A stretch of 64,000 nucleotides of DNA from the NCBI GenBank assembly GCA_013239625.1, contig MU054187.1:10375231-10439230 (forward strand), in the 5' to 3' direction. The translations under genes were made by a program, and so were the position numbers. Under the pieces are notes generated by a model. That model had not been told where the DNA came from and did not search any database. It worked only from the letters and a program-made list of their open reading frames with translations. Shown piece by piece: positions 62,770 through 64,000 of this stretch. The stretch is from Lama guanicoe (Eukaryota). Each line of letters begins with the position of its first letter. The stretch's first letter is position 1.

Positions 62770-64000
62770 TTAGGTTAGAGACCTGGATAAAACATCTCGT
62801 CCACCTCTGCAGCAAAACAAAAGCAGGAAAACTACATACTAATGACATTTTGGGAGCCCTTCCAAGAACTAAGGTCACTGGACAAACAATTACTTGAAAT
62901 CTGGAGAGAGAGATACACCTGCTGGGAGAAATAAAATCTGAGCATTGCTTACCTTGGACAGACATGACCAAACACTAGCTAAGCTGGTAGGAATATTCAG
63001 CTAACAACTTTTAATGAATTGCTAAAGGCCAAGTAGAGGCTTGAAGGAAAGTATGAAGCCCCTGGAGGCTGCACACATGGCGGGGATTACATCCTCTTGC
63101 AGGTTTCCTTCCAAGAACTCCACAGGTGCTCACAGGAAAGACCAAGGAGAATCCAGAGTAAACTTCCCGAGTGCTGGCTCGGGCAGGGAATAGCAGCCAC
63201 TGCCACAGCTCTGCTCAGGTCTGTCTCCCCGTCTCCTTTGTGGAACAAAAGTCTTAATCCATAGGGGCAAAGGCAACAGGAACTATCCCTTAAGGGTCCT
63301 GGAGGAAACCCAGGAAACGAGCCCTCCATCACCACTATCACGCTAACAAGTGTTAAGTACAAATAACAGTGGAATGTGCAATGGGAAGACCCAGGGCCAT
63401 GCAGAGAGCAGATGCTGGGAAAACCCACTGGCAAACTAACTAGACAATAAACACAAGGTATCATTAGAGGAACTTGAAGTTCTTGTGCAATGAGGATAAT
63501 CATAGCAACAACGAACTTCAGACTCAGCCCAACTTCTGCCTAGATTAACACAACACTCTATTCTAAACACCTTACAGAAGGAAAGGCAAGCTCATCTTCA
63601 AACTTTGAAAATTATTTACTTCAGTATCCAAAATCTTATGCAACATGGCCAGATTTCAACAACAAAACAACTTTGTTGTTCAACAAAAACAAAATAGAAG
63701 GTATTCAAAAAGGCAAGGGAAGAATAAAAGTTTGAAAGGATAAAGCAGTTATCAGAACCAGACCAAGATATGACACAGTTTTTGGAACCATCAGACAGAG
63801 AATTTAGAATAACTATGATTAATTTGCTAAAGACTCTAATGGAAAAGAAATATGCAAGATAAGATGGGTAATTTCAGCAGAGAGATGAAAACTATAAGAT
63901 AGGATCAAATGGAAATGCTAACCCTCAAAACCACAATAACAGAGATGGAATGACTTTGATGGTCTCATCAGTGGACTTGACACAGCCTAGAAAAGAATTA
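62770..64000 (+). mobile_element. Old L1M 5'/ORF1-region fragment, continuing past the window end
   Basis: cagaaccagaccaagatatgacacag...tcagacagagaatttagaataactatgattaat...atgggtaatttcagcagagagatgaaaact...tttgatggtctcatcagtggacttgacacagc. Confidence 0.8.

Noticed and set aside
63655..63686. Small inverted repeat aacaacaaa/tttgttgtt, along with similar small repeats near 1149 and 50166
   Set aside because: Short and low in complexity. Such repeats are expected by chance or slippage in 64 kb of AT-rich DNA.

Overview
Mammalian genomic DNA, AT-rich and dense in repeats. Three copies of a tRNA-Ala-derived SINE resembling the camelid Vic-1 family, together with the lack of recognisable Bov-A, PRE-1, Alu or B1 SINEs, suggest a camel, alpaca or llama genome (inference). 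I recognise no protein-coding gene, RNA gene or CRISPR array. The ORFs in the supplied track look like chance frames, or like decayed L1 and Tigger coding remnants, so the window is most likely intergenic or lies inside a large intron. Much of it is LINE-1, L2, MIR, MaLR/ERVL/ERV1 LTRs and hAT/Tigger DNA transposon fossils. Subfamily names come from remembered consensus sequences, not from a RepeatMasker run, and most boundaries are approximate. Best observations: (1) a recent complex rearrangement at 2251-2415, made of a tandem duplication plus an exact 87-bp templated copy from about 680 bp upstream; (2) a CpG-rich MER41-like LTR with overlapping IRF and near-GAS motifs plus CRE and NRF1-like sites; (3) an ancient two-LTR ERV1 provirus at 15024-18821 with two other LTRs nested inside; (4) two twin-primed inverted L1 insertions; (5) a SINE lacking its anticodon arm; (6) a predicted three-way RNA junction at 14250-14337; (7) a few candidate small exons and promoter/enhancer motif clusters. 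I find no convincing evidence of a new biological system.
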